This document shows positions 29,800-39,587 of a stretch of DNA of 64,000 nucleotides, one piece after another. Where the stretch lies: positions 64,001 to 128,000 of the forward strand of contig JAFATB010000023.1 in NCBI GenBank assembly GCA_019244185.1. Direction: 5' to 3'. The notes beneath the pieces were generated by a model. The model did not search any database, was not told the origin of the DNA, and saw only the letters and a list, made by a program, of their open reading frames with translations. The number at the start of each line of letters is the position of its first letter. The first letter of the stretch is position 1. Source of the stretch: Acidobacteriota bacterium (GTDB taxonomy: Bacteria; Acidobacteriota; Thermoanaerobaculia; Gp7-AA8). The position numbers and the translations under genes were made by a program.

Positions 29800-31974
29800 A
29801 TCGAGCAGTGCGAGTCGTTGGCGAATACGCAGCCCCGCGGCGCGCGGACTGAACTCCGCGCGGATCGTCTCGCGTGCACGCGCTCCGATGCGCGCGCGAA
29901 ACTCCGCGTCGTCGACGAGACGGCGCATGCAGTGCGCGGCGTGATCGACGTCCGGCTCCGCCCACCGTTGTCCCGCGGCGTACGGCCCGTGCGCGCGGTC
30001 GAGCGTCACGAGCTCGTACGCGACCGGACACGAGTTGCCGGCGTGCATGAAGTCCATGTTGCCGGACCACGCCGTCGCGATCACCGGCTTTCCGAGGTCC
30101 ATCGCTTCCGCGAGCGTCAGCCCGAAACTCTCCGCGCGATGCAGCGACACGACGGCGTCGCACGACGACAGCAGTCCATGCATCTGTGCGCGCGGCAGCT
30201 CGCGATCGACCCGGTAGACGTTCGCGATGCCGCGCACCGCCTCGGTTAAGTCCGTGTTCGTGGTCTTCACGAGCAGCGCAACGGAGTCGTCCTGCGGAAA
30301 CGCGCGGCGAAACGCCTCGATCGCGGCGAACGGATTCACGCGCTCGACGACGTCGTCAAAGTCGAACGTGCAGAGAAAGGTGAAGCGCCGCGGCGGGACG
30401 CCGAGGTCCTGCGGCGTGCACGGTTCGACGTCCGTCACGGCAACGCCGGGCGGCATGTGCACGACGGGAATCGCCACCTTGCGGCCGATCGCGCTCTGCA
30501 CGAACGCGCTCGGCGCCCAGATCTCGTCGAGCGCCTCCGCCGACGCGATCCACGTGTCGGGAAGCTCCGGCAGCTCCCAATGCCAGCCGCCGATCGTGTA
30601 CGCGCCGGAGCGGAACACGCGCGGCCGTTGCTCGCGGACGGCAGGCATGCGATCGCCGTTCACGTACACGAGCGTCGCGCGATAGCGCGGCTCGGCATCG
30701 CCGTCGATGAGCTGATGCGCGAGTCCGCCTTCGTCGCAGGCGCGTGCGACGAGCCGCGACTCCGGCGCGTCGCCGGCGATGTTCAGTCCCGTCGCGAGCG
30801 ATGTCTTTGCGTGCGTAGCCAGCGGCGCCCCTTCCTTGCGACCGAGGAGAAACTCGCGCGCGGACTTGCGCAGGGAGCGCGGCAGCAGCGTCACGAGCGG
30901 ACGCACGCTTGAGAGCGCGCGATAGGAGTAGAGCGCGGCCCGCGCCGCGACCGCGTTGCGCCGCGCGTCGCGATGTTCCGCGAAGAGCTCGGGATGCGCG
31001 AACGGATCGTCGCCGGCCGCGGCCTGCAGTTCGGGCGAGTGCCGGTAGGCGATGCGCGCGCGGTCGGGAATGCGCGTGCCGTCGACGAAGTGCGCGTAGC
31101 GATACGGCGCATCGCGGAACGTCTGCGCGCCCGCGGCGCGCAACGCGTCGCCGTAATCATCGATGAGCGGCGCGGCGTCGCCGGCGTGCGCGAGCAACTG
31201 CCGCGGATCGTTCTTCGAAACGTTTTCCGGACGCGCGGGATCGTAGCCGCTGAAGTGAAAGAAGCGCAGCGGCGCACCGTTCACCGTGATGTCGTCGCCG
31301 TGCCGTTCGATCGTGCGCTGCGCGAGATTCCAGTAGGCGACGTTGTAGCCATCGTGGCGGAGGACGGCGACACCGGGGAAGAGTCCGGGCACGAGGTCGA
31401 TCCACTTTTGATCGACGAAGAGGCCGCGCGCGACGTCGACGACGCACTGGTACTCGAGCTTCTCCTGCCACCACGCGAGAAACGGCGAGAGCTGCGGGCG
31501 CTGACGCGCGGCGAGAAACCCGAGGTTGTAGGCGCCGGCCTGCAGGATCGTGCGCTCGCTCGGATGCTCGTCATCGGTGCCGATCGAGCCGGTGAGATGC
31601 GGCGTGAGCGTGAGGAACGCCTCGTCATCCGTGCGATCGAGCTCGTCGAGCCGGCTGAAGAGGCGAACATCGGGATCGAAGTAGATGACGCGCTCGTAGC
31701 CGCGCGCGAACAGCTCGGCGAACATCCACGGTTTGACGGCTGTATTCAGCTCGAGGATCGTGTAGCGGAAGCAGAACTCGCGGCGCCGCGGCAGCGGCAG
31801 CACGTCGAGCGGCACGATCGTGAACGGCTCGCGCGCGTCGTCGGCCGTCACGTTGCCGCCGACGAGCAACACGAAGCGATCCCACTCCGGATGCTGCTCC
31901 GCGACCGACGCCATCAGCACGCGCGCGTAATGCCGATAGTTCGGCGAGACGATCGAGAACGCCGCGGTCTTCAT
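29791..31974 (-). CDS. Two-domain glycosyltransferase (GT-A-fold N-terminus + GT4 C-terminus)
   Basis: ELNTAVKP, YFDPD, DQKW, YNVAYWN, FHFSG; C-terminal WHWELP and SLHRAESFGL..AEAM. Confidence 0.82.
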   Translation of the reverse strand: MKTAAFSIVSPNYRHYARVLMASVAEQHPEWDRFVLLVGGNVTADDAREPFTIVPLDVLPLPRRREFCFRYTILELNTAVKPWMFAELFARGYERVIYFDPDVRLFSRLDELDRTDDEAFLTLTPHLTGSIGTDDEHPSERTILQAGAYNLGFLAARQRPQLSPFLAWWQEKLEYQCVVDVARGLFVDQKWIDLVPGLFPGVAVLRHDGYNVAYWNLAQRTIERHGDDITVNGAPLRFFHFSGYDPARPENVSKNDPRQLLAHAGDAAPLIDDYGDALRAAGAQTFRDAPYRYAHFVDGTRIPDRARIAYRHSPELQAAAGDDPFAHPELFAEHRDARRNAVAARAALYSYRALSSVRPLVTLLPRSLRKSAREFLLGRKEGAPLATHAKTSLATGLNIAGDAPESRLVARACDEGGLAHQLIDGDAEPRYRATLVYVNGDRMPAVREQRPRVFRSGAYTIGGWHWELPELPDTWIASAEALDEIWAPSAFVQSAIGRKVAIPVVHMPPGVAVTDVEPCTPQDLGVPPRRFTFLCTFDFDDVVERVNPFAAIEAFRRAFPQDDSVALLVKTTNTDLTEAVRGIANVYRVDRELPRAQMHGLLSSCDAVVSLHRAESFGLTLAEAMDLGKPVIATAWSGNMDFMHAGNSCPVAYELVTLDRAHGPYAAGQRWAEPDVDHAAHCMRRLVDDAEFRARIGARARETIRAEFSPRAAGLRIRQRLALLDLL

Positions 31975-33308
31975 CGGCCCGTTCCCGCCAGCGATGACGA
32001 CACCGCGCGCAACATCAGCCTAAAGTCGAGCCACACCGACCAGTCGCACATGTACAAGAGGTCGTACCGCAACTTCACCTCGGGACGCGTGTCGTATTCC
32101 GACGAGACCTGCGCGAGGCCCGCGATGCCGGGACGCACGAGCGCGCGCAGATCGAAGTCGGGGACGTCGCGCAGGATGCGCGCGACGAGCTCGGGACGCT
32201 CCGGCCGCGGGCCGACGAGGCTCATCGTGCCGGTGAGCACGTTCAGCAGCTGCGGCAACTCGTCGACGTGGTAGCGCCGCAGCAGCGCGCCGATGCGCGT
32301 CAGCCGCTCGCCGTGCATCGCGATCGCGTCCGCCGCCGCGAGCGGCTCGTCGTCGGCGGGGCCGCGCATCGAGCGGAACTTCCACATGCCATACGCGACG
32401 CCGCCCGCGCCGACGCGCTGTTGGCGGATCAGCACCGCGCCGCGATCGTCGAACCAGATCGCGAGCGAGACGACGATCCACAACGGCGCGCTGACGACGA
32501 TCAACAGCAGGCTTCCGACGACGTCGATGGCGCGCTTGATCGCGGCGCTGATGCCGTAGCCGCAGCCGACGTCCACTTCGACGAGCGGCTGATCGCCGAT
32601 CCAGCCCGGCATGCGCGAGGCGAGCAGCGCGTCGACGTGCGAGGCGAGCATGAGAAAGCCGCGCGGGCCGCGGATGCGCAGGAGGTCGAGGCGCAGCTGC
32701 GCGCCGGCGTCCGGCGAGACGAGGATGACTTCTTCGACGTCGCGCACGAGCGCGCGCATCGCGGGATCGCGCAGCTGCTGGGGCGCGACTTCGCTGCTAA
32801 CGCGGATGCGACGATCGCCCGCCCGCTGCAATCCCGCGAGCGCTTCCGCGACGTCGTGCGCGTCGCCGAGAAGGATCGTTTCGCGCGGACGGATCGGCGC
32901 GAGCGCGCGCAGCAGGCGCCGCCACAGCGGCAGCGCGAGCGCTTCGAGCAGCGGCACCGCGAAGAGCACCGTGCGCGGAATCGGCCGCACGAGCAGCGTG
33001 CCCACGATCGCGACGAGCGCGGCCTGAATCACGATCGCGGTGAGGATCGACGGGCGCGTCCGCGGCGTGACGCGGTCGTGGTAGAAGCCGCTCAGCGCGA
33101 GCGCCGCGACGAGCGAGAGTGCGAAGAGCGAGAGGTTCGCCGCGTCGAGCACGAACTTCCCCACCGGCAGCAGCGAGTCGGTGAACGAGAGCTCGACGTT
33201 GCGGCGGAATTCGACGACGCCCGCGAGCGCGCCCGCGCCGATGAGCGCGTCGCCGAGGATGAGGATGCCGAACCGCAGCGCGCGTTCTTTCGAGCGGGGG
33301 CGGATCAC
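31971..33308 (-). CDS. Polyprenyl-phosphate hexose-1-phosphate transferase (WcaJ/WbaP-like)
   Basis: N-terminal TMs; KRAID, KFRSM, DELPQLLNVL.G.MSLVGPRP, PGIAGLAQV. Confidence 0.9.
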   Translation of the reverse strand: MIRPRSKERALRFGILILGDALIGAGALAGVVEFRRNVELSFTDSLLPVGKFVLDAANLSLFALSLVAALALSGFYHDRVTPRTRPSILTAIVIQAALVAIVGTLLVRPIPRTVLFAVPLLEALALPLWRRLLRALAPIRPRETILLGDAHDVAEALAGLQRAGDRRIRVSSEVAPQQLRDPAMRALVRDVEEVILVSPDAGAQLRLDLLRIRGPRGFLMLASHVDALLASRMPGWIGDQPLVEVDVGCGYGISAAIKRAIDVVGSLLLIVVSAPLWIVVSLAIWFDDRGAVLIRQQRVGAGGVAYGMWKFRSMRGPADDEPLAAADAIAMHGERLTRIGALLRRYHVDELPQLLNVLTGTMSLVGPRPERPELVARILRDVPDFDLRALVRPGIAGLAQVSSEYDTRPEVKLRYDLLYMCDWSVWLDFRLMLRAVSSSLAGTGR

Positions 33309-34453
33309 GGGCGGGGCTCCGCAGTCGCGTGGGGCACGATGAGCGCGGCGAGGCGCGCGAGGGTCGTGTCGCGCGCGTAGTGCGCTGACACCGCGGCGCG
33401 CAACGCGCGTGCGGCGGTGATGCGCGCCGCTTCATCATCGAGAGCCGCCATCGCCACGCGCGCGAGTCCTTCGGCATCGTCCGCGAGGAACGCGTGCGCG
33501 GCGAGCGGAGCGAGTCCGCGCAAGGCCTGCGGCGTCGCGGCGATCGCGCATCCCGCTTCGGCGGCTTCGAGCGCTTTCGTCGATTGTCCCGAGCCGTAGC
33601 GCACAGGAAAGAGCGCGATGCGGATCGAGCGCGCGAGCGCGGGCATGTCGTCGACCGGCGAACGCAGCGTCACGCCGTCGCGGCCGTCGTGCGCGCGCAG
33701 CGTCCGCGGCGCGTCGGCGCCCGCGATGACGAGCGTCGCCTGCGGACGCGCGGCACGAATCCGCGGCCAGACCTCGTTCAGCAGCCACGACGCGGCATCC
33801 GCGTTCGCAAAGTAGGCCAGGCGTCCCCAGAAGCCGAAGTCGAACGCGCGCGGCGCGTGCTCGTCGAGCGGCGCGATCGGCACGCCGTTCGAGATCACCG
33901 TCGCGTTGAGCTCCGGCGACTCGTCGTCGCTGACGACGAGCACGCGATCGTAGGCGCGCGCGGCGTCCGCTTCCGCCCGCGCGACGCGCCGCGACTCCGC
34001 GCGCCAGAACGGGCGCAGCGGCGGCGCGGCTTCGCGCGCGCGCTCGAACATGCTCCGGCGCAGCGAGTCGATCGCGTCGAGCACGCGCGTCCCTTCCGGC
34101 AGCAGCGCGCGCACCCACGGGTCGAGCCGCGAGAGCAGCACGATCGTGGCGTCGAACGGACCGGCGTCGGCGCGCGCGCGCGCGATTGCATCCGCCCAGT
34201 CGTACGGCGCCGCGAGCAGCGCGTGCACCGGCGCGCCGGCCGCGACGCGCAGCGCCGCCGCGAACGCGCGCGACGCCGAACGCGCGGCGGCGTGAAAGCG
34301 CACGTACGGCGCGTCCGCGGGCACGCGGCCGTCCGGCGCGACCAGCGCGACGTTCGCGTGCGGCGCGAGCGCGGAGAGCCAGATCGTCGCGCGCAAACGG
34401 TCACCCGAGAATGGCGGCCAGGGAAAGCGCGACGAGAGAAGGAGGACGTTCAC
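33305..34453 (-). CDS. Glycosyltransferase family 4
   Basis: SRFPWPPFSGDRLR, NGV, GSGQSTKALEA. Confidence 0.85.
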   Translation of the reverse strand: MNVLLLSSRFPWPPFSGDRLRATIWLSALAPHANVALVAPDGRVPADAPYVRFHAAARSASRAFAAALRVAAGAPVHALLAAPYDWADAIARARADAGPFDATIVLLSRLDPWVRALLPEGTRVLDAIDSLRRSMFERAREAAPPLRPFWRAESRRVARAEADAARAYDRVLVVSDDESPELNATVISNGVPIAPLDEHAPRAFDFGFWGRLAYFANADAASWLLNEVWPRIRAARPQATLVIAGADAPRTLRAHDGRDGVTLRSPVDDMPALARSIRIALFPVRYGSGQSTKALEAAEAGCAIAATPQALRGLAPLAAHAFLADDAEGLARVAMAALDDEAARITAARALRAAVSAHYARDTTLARLAALIVPHATAEPRP

Positions 34454-34527
34454 GACGCGCGCGAAGCCTATCAGACGCGCCGCGCGGCGAACCGCCGCCG
34501 CGGATCGCCGTATCATCCGCCGCGGCC

Positions 34528-35697
34528 GTGCGCATCCTCCTCCTCACGCCCCGACTGCCGTGGCCGCCGCGCGACGGCGGACGCGTGGCCATGGCGCGCC
34601 TCGGCGAGTCGCTCGCCGCGTGCGGCGCGAGCGTCGAGGTGCTGTCGCTCAATCCGCGCAAACATCGCGCGGCGCCCACCGGACCGTTGCCGGTGAGCGC
34701 CGTCGACATCGACACCGATCGCATCATCGCGCCGGTGTCGCGCGCGCTGACGAGCGACACTCCCTACCTCGTCGCGCGCTTCGTCTCCCGCACCTTCCGC
34801 GAGCTCCTCGGCGCGACGCTGCAACGCTTCGCGCCCGACGTCGTGCAGATCGAGAGTCCGTTCCTGCTGCCGTACGCGCAAACGGTTCGCGCGCAGAGCC
34901 GCGCGCGCGTCGTCCTCCGCTCGCTCAACGTCGAGTTCCGGATCTGGGAAGGTCTCGCGCGCACCGAACGCAATCCGCTGCGCCGCCTCGCTCTCTCTCT
35001 CGTCGCCGCCTTGCTGCGCGCGTACGAGCTGCAGCAGATGAACGCGCTCGACGCGATCGTGCCGATCTCCCGCGACGACGCCGCTGATTTTCTCCGCCTC
35101 GGCTGCACGCGACCGATGCACGTCGTGCCGTGCGGTATTGCATCACTGCCCGACGTCGATCAGGCGCCGGAGCCCGGACGCATCGTTTTCATCGGCTCGC
35201 TCGATTTTCGTCCGAACCAGCAGACGGTCTCGTGGATCGTCGACGAGCTTTGGCCGCGCGTGCGCGAGCGCGCGCCGGACGCGCACCTCGCCATCGCCGG
35301 CAGCGCGCCGCCCGCGTGGCTCCGCGACCGTGCGCGCGAACGCGGCGTCGAACTGCACGCGAACGTCGCCGATGCGGATGCGTTCCTCCGCCGCGCGAGC
35401 GTCGTCCTCGCGCCGCTCTTCGCCGGCGGCGGCATGCGCATCAAAGTGCTCGAGGCGATGGCACACGCGAAGCCGGTCGTCGCGACCGCGATCGGTGCCG
35501 GCGGGATCGACGTCGATGACGGCACCGACATCCTGCTCGCCGAAGACGCGCCGTCGTTCGCCGACGCCGTCGTGCGCCTGTTGCACGATCCCGCGCTCGC
35601 CGCACGCATCGGCGCCGCCGCGCGCGCGAAGGTCGTCGCGCGCTACGACAGCGACGCGCTTGCGCGCGGACTGCTGCGGTTCTACGAGACGCTGTAA
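34528..35697 (+). CDS. Glycosyltransferase family 4
   Basis: PRLPWPPRDGG, NVE, GSLDFRPN, GGGMRIKVLEAM. Confidence 0.88.
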   Translation: MRILLLTPRLPWPPRDGGRVAMARLGESLAACGASVEVLSLNPRKHRAAPTGPLPVSAVDIDTDRIIAPVSRALTSDTPYLVARFVSRTFRELLGATLQRFAPDVVQIESPFLLPYAQTVRAQSRARVVLRSLNVEFRIWEGLARTERNPLRRLALSLVAALLRAYELQQMNALDAIVPISRDDAADFLRLGCTRPMHVVPCGIASLPDVDQAPEPGRIVFIGSLDFRPNQQTVSWIVDELWPRVRERAPDAHLAIAGSAPPAWLRDRARERGVELHANVADADAFLRRASVVLAPLFAGGGMRIKVLEAMAHAKPVVATAIGAGGIDVDDGTDILLAEDAPSFADAVVRLLHDPALAARIGAAARAKVVARYDSDALARGLLRFYETL

Positions 35698-36578
35698 AGC
35701 AGCCGCCGCGTCGCGCGCCAAAGCGCGGGCGTGGTGTCGTCGCGTCGCAGCGGCGATCGCACGATGCGCGCGCCGATGCGGAGCAGCGCCGCGATGACGA
35801 ACGCGATGCGCGCGAATGCCGCCCATGTCCGCCCGTACGCGTCGCGACCCCACGTCAGGAGATCGGACCAGAGGCGTTCGGGATCGTGCGGCAGCGCGCG
35901 CGTCGCGGCGATCGTGCGGCCGAGGCCGTGGACGACGCGCGCGTCGTCGACGATGCGCACGTTCCAGCCGGCGCGGCGCGCGCTCAGACAGAAGTCGATG
36001 TCCTGACAGTAAAAGAGAAAGCGCTCGTTGAGCGGACCGGCGTCGCGCCAGACCTCGCGACGGAACGCCATCGCCGCGCCGCTGACCCAATCGACCGCGC
36101 GCGACGGTGCAGCATTGCGCCGCCGCACGAGTCGCGCGAGCGGACCCGCGCCGCTGACGACGCCGAGCATCCACGCGAGCGTCGGCGTGCGTCCGCCGCT
36201 CCACTGCGGCGTGCCGTCCTCGTTCAGCAGCCGCGCGCCCGCGATGCCGAGACGCGCGTCGGCGTCGAAGGCCGCGAACAACGCGTGCAGCGCGCCGGCG
36301 CCGACGAGCGCATCGCTGTTGAGCAGCAGCACGATGTTACCCGTCGCCGCCGCGACGCCCGCGTTCGCGGCGGTGGCGAACCCGCGGTTCGATGCGAGCC
36401 GCACGACGCGCACCGACGGTACTTCGCGCGCGAGCAGCTCCGCGGTCCCGTCGCGCGAGCCGTCGTCGGCGACGATGGCTTCCGTCGACGGCGGCATCGA
36501 CGCGAGCAACGCGCGCACGCACCGCAGCGTCATCGCCGCGGTGTCGTAGGTGGGGATGACGACGGAGAGATCGGGCAC
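35682..36578 (-). CDS. Glycosyltransferase family 2
   Basis: LSVVIP, DDGSRDG, LLNSD, VDWVSGA, FLFYCQDIDF. Confidence 0.88.
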   Translation of the reverse strand: MPDLSVVIPTYDTAAMTLRCVRALLASMPPSTEAIVADDGSRDGTAELLAREVPSVRVVRLASNRGFATAANAGVAAATGNIVLLLNSDALVGAGALHALFAAFDADARLGIAGARLLNEDGTPQWSGGRTPTLAWMLGVVSGAGPLARLVRRRNAAPSRAVDWVSGAAMAFRREVWRDAGPLNERFLFYCQDIDFCLSARRAGWNVRIVDDARVVHGLGRTIAATRALPHDPERLWSDLLTWGRDAYGRTWAAFARIAFVIAALLRIGARIVRSPLRRDDTTPALWRATRRLLYSVS

Positions 36579-36583
36579 GGGCG

Positions 36584-37498
36584 CTACGTTACCGGAACAC
36601 GCTTCACTTCTTTCCCCCTCATCCACCACGCCCCCGCCACGCACACCGCACATCCCACGATCGACAGCAGCGACACGCGCTCGCCGCGCACGACGACGCC
36701 GAGGAGCAGCGCCACGCCGGGGATGAGAAACGTCGTCGCCGACGCGCGCGTGGGACCGACGCGGCCCGAGGCAATGGTGATCGTCACGTGCGCGATGGCG
36801 GTGCCGAAGGCGCCGAGGGCGAGGAGCGAGAGGAGCGACGTCGCGTTCCAGTGCGCGTGCAGCACGTCGCGCACGCCGAGCGGCGCGGTGAGCACGACCG
36901 CTACGGCCTGCGCGCGCCAGATCACCGGCAGTGCGCCGTAGCGTTGCTGCAGCGGCTTGGCGATGCCGAGGGCGAAGCCGTACGACACGAGCGCGGCGAG
37001 GATGAGCACGATGCCGATCGTGCTGCTGCGTCCTTCGTGCAGCGACGGCAGCGCGAGCAACAACGAACCGAGGAGGCCGACGCCGACGCCCGTGGCGATG
37101 CGCCGCGACGGCAGGCGGCGCTCGATGGCAGTGGTCACGAGCGCGACGAACAGCGGGTTCGCGGCGTTGAGCATGCCGGTGAGCGCGGACGACACGCGTT
37201 GCTCCGCGAACGGGAACATCGTCAGCGGAAACGCGAGCCAGACGATGCCGAGGAGCGCGACCGCGGGCCAGTCCGCGCGCGCGATCGGGCGCCAGCTGCC
37301 GCGGAACAGCGCGAGCGTCGCGAAGCCGATCGCGATGCGGCCGAACGTCACGCCCAGCGGACCGACGGCGCGCAATGCCTCGGCGATGAAGAGAAACGAC
37401 GCGCCCCAGATCACGCCCGGCACCACGAGCAGCAGCCAGTCGGGCGCCGCGGCGCGCGTCGTGTCCGGAGCCACGGCAGGGGAGGCGACGGCCGTCAT
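36584..37498 (-). CDS. EamA/DMT family transporter
   Basis: IWGASF, about 10 TM helices in two EamA repeats. Confidence 0.88.
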   Translation of the reverse strand: MTAVASPAVAPDTTRAAAPDWLLLVVPGVIWGASFLFIAEALRAVGPLGVTFGRIAIGFATLALFRGSWRPIARADWPAVALLGIVWLAFPLTMFPFAEQRVSSALTGMLNAANPLFVALVTTAIERRLPSRRIATGVGVGLLGSLLLALPSLHEGRSSTIGIVLILAALVSYGFALGIAKPLQQRYGALPVIWRAQAVAVVLTAPLGVRDVLHAHWNATSLLSLLALGAFGTAIAHVTITIASGRVGPTRASATTFLIPGVALLLGVVVRGERVSLLSIVGCAVCVAGAWWMRGKEVKRVPVT

Positions 37499-37968
37499 CG
37501 CGCCGCTCCTTCCGCGACCTTCGCCGGCTGATACGTGCCGGGCACGAGCCGCGCTGCGATCGAGAGGCGGTTCCACGCGTTGATGGTAGCGATGACGAGC
37601 GTCAGATCGCACAGCTCCTTCTCGCTGAACTGCGCGCGCGCCTCCTCGTACACGTCGTCCGGCGCGTGTCCTTCGATCCGCGTCACCGCCTCGGTCCACG
37701 CCAGCGCCGCGCGTTCGCGCTCGCTGTAGAACGGCGTCTCGCGCCACGCGTCGAGCGAGTAGAGGCGCTGCTCGTGTTCGCCGAGGGCGCGGAGATCCTT
37801 CCAGTGCATGTCGAGACAATACGCGCAGCCGTTGAGCTGCGACGCGCGCAGGCGGACGAGGTGCAGCAGCGGCTCCTCGAGGCCGCAGTGCGCGGCGTAC
37901 TGATCGAGCGCGTCCATCGCGTCGTAGATCGCGGGATCGGCGTTGCCGTAGCGGAGTCGTGTCTTCAT
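37495..37968 (-). CDS. Carboxymuconolactone decarboxylase / AhpD-like protein
   Basis: LRASQLNGCAYCLDMH, ERERAALAWTE, INAWNR. Confidence 0.92.
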   Translation of the reverse strand: MKTRLRYGNADPAIYDAMDALDQYAAHCGLEEPLLHLVRLRASQLNGCAYCLDMHWKDLRALGEHEQRLYSLDAWRETPFYSERERAALAWTEAVTRIEGHAPDDVYEEARAQFSEKELCDLTLVIATINAWNRLSIAARLVPGTYQPAKVAEGAAR

Positions 37969-38006
37969 GGCGGTTCCTTTCACGAGCGGAACTGTAGCTC
38001 CACGGT

Positions 38007-38047
38007 GGTCCACGAAACAGGTCCATTTACGCTATTCTGACTGGACC
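38007..38047. promoter_or_regulatory. Probable MocR-family operator (two direct and one inverted GGTCCA)
   Basis: GGTCCA at 38007-38012 and 38020-38025, TGGACC at 38042-38047, between the divergent AhpD-like gene and the MocR regulator. Confidence 0.6.
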
Positions 38048-38053
38048 ACTTTC

Positions 38054-39523
38054 ATGGGCAAGAACACGTCCGGATTGCCGTTCGTTCTGCCGCGCCGCGG
38101 AGCCGGCGTAACGGCCACGCGCTGGCTGTACGAGGCGCTGCGCGCGGAGATCCTCGAAGGACGCCTGCGCCCCGGCGCGCGGCTGCCGGCCACGCGCGAG
38201 CTCGCGTCGCAGTATCGCGTCGCTCGTGGCACCGTCGTCGCCGCGTTCGAGCAGCTCGCGTCGGAAGGCTACGTCGAAGGCAGCGTCGGCTCGGGCACGT
38301 TCGTCAATCGCGTACTGCCGGACGAACTGCTCGAAGTCGGACGCGCGAGCGCCGCGCGCGGCGTCGTGGCGACGCAGGCGAAGCGCCGCGTGACTGCGAT
38401 TGCGAACACTCCGTTCGACGGCCTCGACGTGCGCCGCCCGCGCGCATTCCGCACCGATCTACCCGCCGTCGATCTCTTTCCGACGACGCTCTGGGCGCAG
38501 CTCACCGCGCGACGCCAGCGCCGCGCGCCCGCGTCGTTCTTTCTCGGCTGCGAGGCGCTCGGCTATCCGCCGCTGCGCGCCGCGATCGCCGACTACCTCA
38601 CCAGCTCGCGCGGCGTGCGCTGCACCGCCTCGCAGATCGCCATCGTCTCGGGTACGCAGGAAGCGCTCGATCTCACCGCGCGGCTCGTGCTGCAGCGCGG
38701 CGATCGCGTCTGCGTCGAGGATCCCGGTTATCCCGGCGCGTGGTCGATCTTCGCCGCGGCGGGCGCGCGCGTCGTCTCCGTGCCGGTCGATGCGGAAGGA
38801 TTGCAATTGCGCGCGCGGCTGCTGCGCGGCGCGAAGCTCGTCTACCTCACGCCCGCGCACCAGTTTCCGACCGGCGCGACGATGGGTCTCGCGCGGCGGC
38901 TCGAACTGCTCGACTGGGCGCGCGATGTCGGCGCGCTGCTGTTCGAAGACGACTACGACAGCGAGTATCGCTATTCGGGACGCCCGATCCCCGCGCTGCA
39001 GGGACTCGACGCGCACGGCCTCGTGCTGTTCGCCGGCACGTTCAGCAAAGTGATGTTCCCGTCGCTGCGCCTCGCGTATCTCGTCGTGCCGCCCGATCTC
39101 GTCGCCGCGTTCGCGGGCGCGATCTCGCTCACGCGCCGCCATGCGCCGCTGCTCGAGCAGGCCGTGCTCTGCGACTTCATCGTCGACGGCCACTTCGGCC
39201 GCCACCTGCGCCGCATGCGGCAGATCTACGGCGAACGGCTGTCGGTGCTGCTTGACCGCGCGCGCGCCGAGCTCGCGGGCGCGCTCACGTTCTCGAACGT
39301 CGAGGCGGGACTGCAGACGTCGGCGTGGCTCGCGGACGGCATCGATAGCGAGCAACTCGCCGCGGCCGCGGCGTCGCGCAACGTCGAAGTCGGCTCGCTG
39401 AAGCGCTACGCGCGGCGGGCGCTGAAACGCGACGGCGTGCAGCTCGGCTTCGCGGCCGTCGACGCGGCGGAGATCCGTCGCGGGGTGCGCGAGCTGGCGA
39501 TTGCGCTGGAACGGCGGAAGTGA
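38054..39523 (+). CDS. GntR/MocR family regulator with PLP-dependent aminotransferase-like domain
   Basis: RLPATRELA..VARGTV HTH; EDPGY, TPAHQFPTG, EDDYDSEY, GTFSK. Confidence 0.93.
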   Translation: MGKNTSGLPFVLPRRGAGVTATRWLYEALRAEILEGRLRPGARLPATRELASQYRVARGTVVAAFEQLASEGYVEGSVGSGTFVNRVLPDELLEVGRASAARGVVATQAKRRVTAIANTPFDGLDVRRPRAFRTDLPAVDLFPTTLWAQLTARRQRRAPASFFLGCEALGYPPLRAAIADYLTSSRGVRCTASQIAIVSGTQEALDLTARLVLQRGDRVCVEDPGYPGAWSIFAAAGARVVSVPVDAEGLQLRARLLRGAKLVYLTPAHQFPTGATMGLARRLELLDWARDVGALLFEDDYDSEYRYSGRPIPALQGLDAHGLVLFAGTFSKVMFPSLRLAYLVVPPDLVAAFAGAISLTRRHAPLLEQAVLCDFIVDGHFGRHLRRMRQIYGERLSVLLDRARAELAGALTFSNVEAGLQTSAWLADGIDSEQLAAAAASRNVEVGSLKRYARRALKRDGVQLGFAAVDAAEIRRGVRELAIALERRK

Positions 39524-39587
39524 CACGATGCTGCGTTAAAACCGACCGGCCGGTCGGCAACTAAGCGAACCTGAAGGAGAACCCGTC

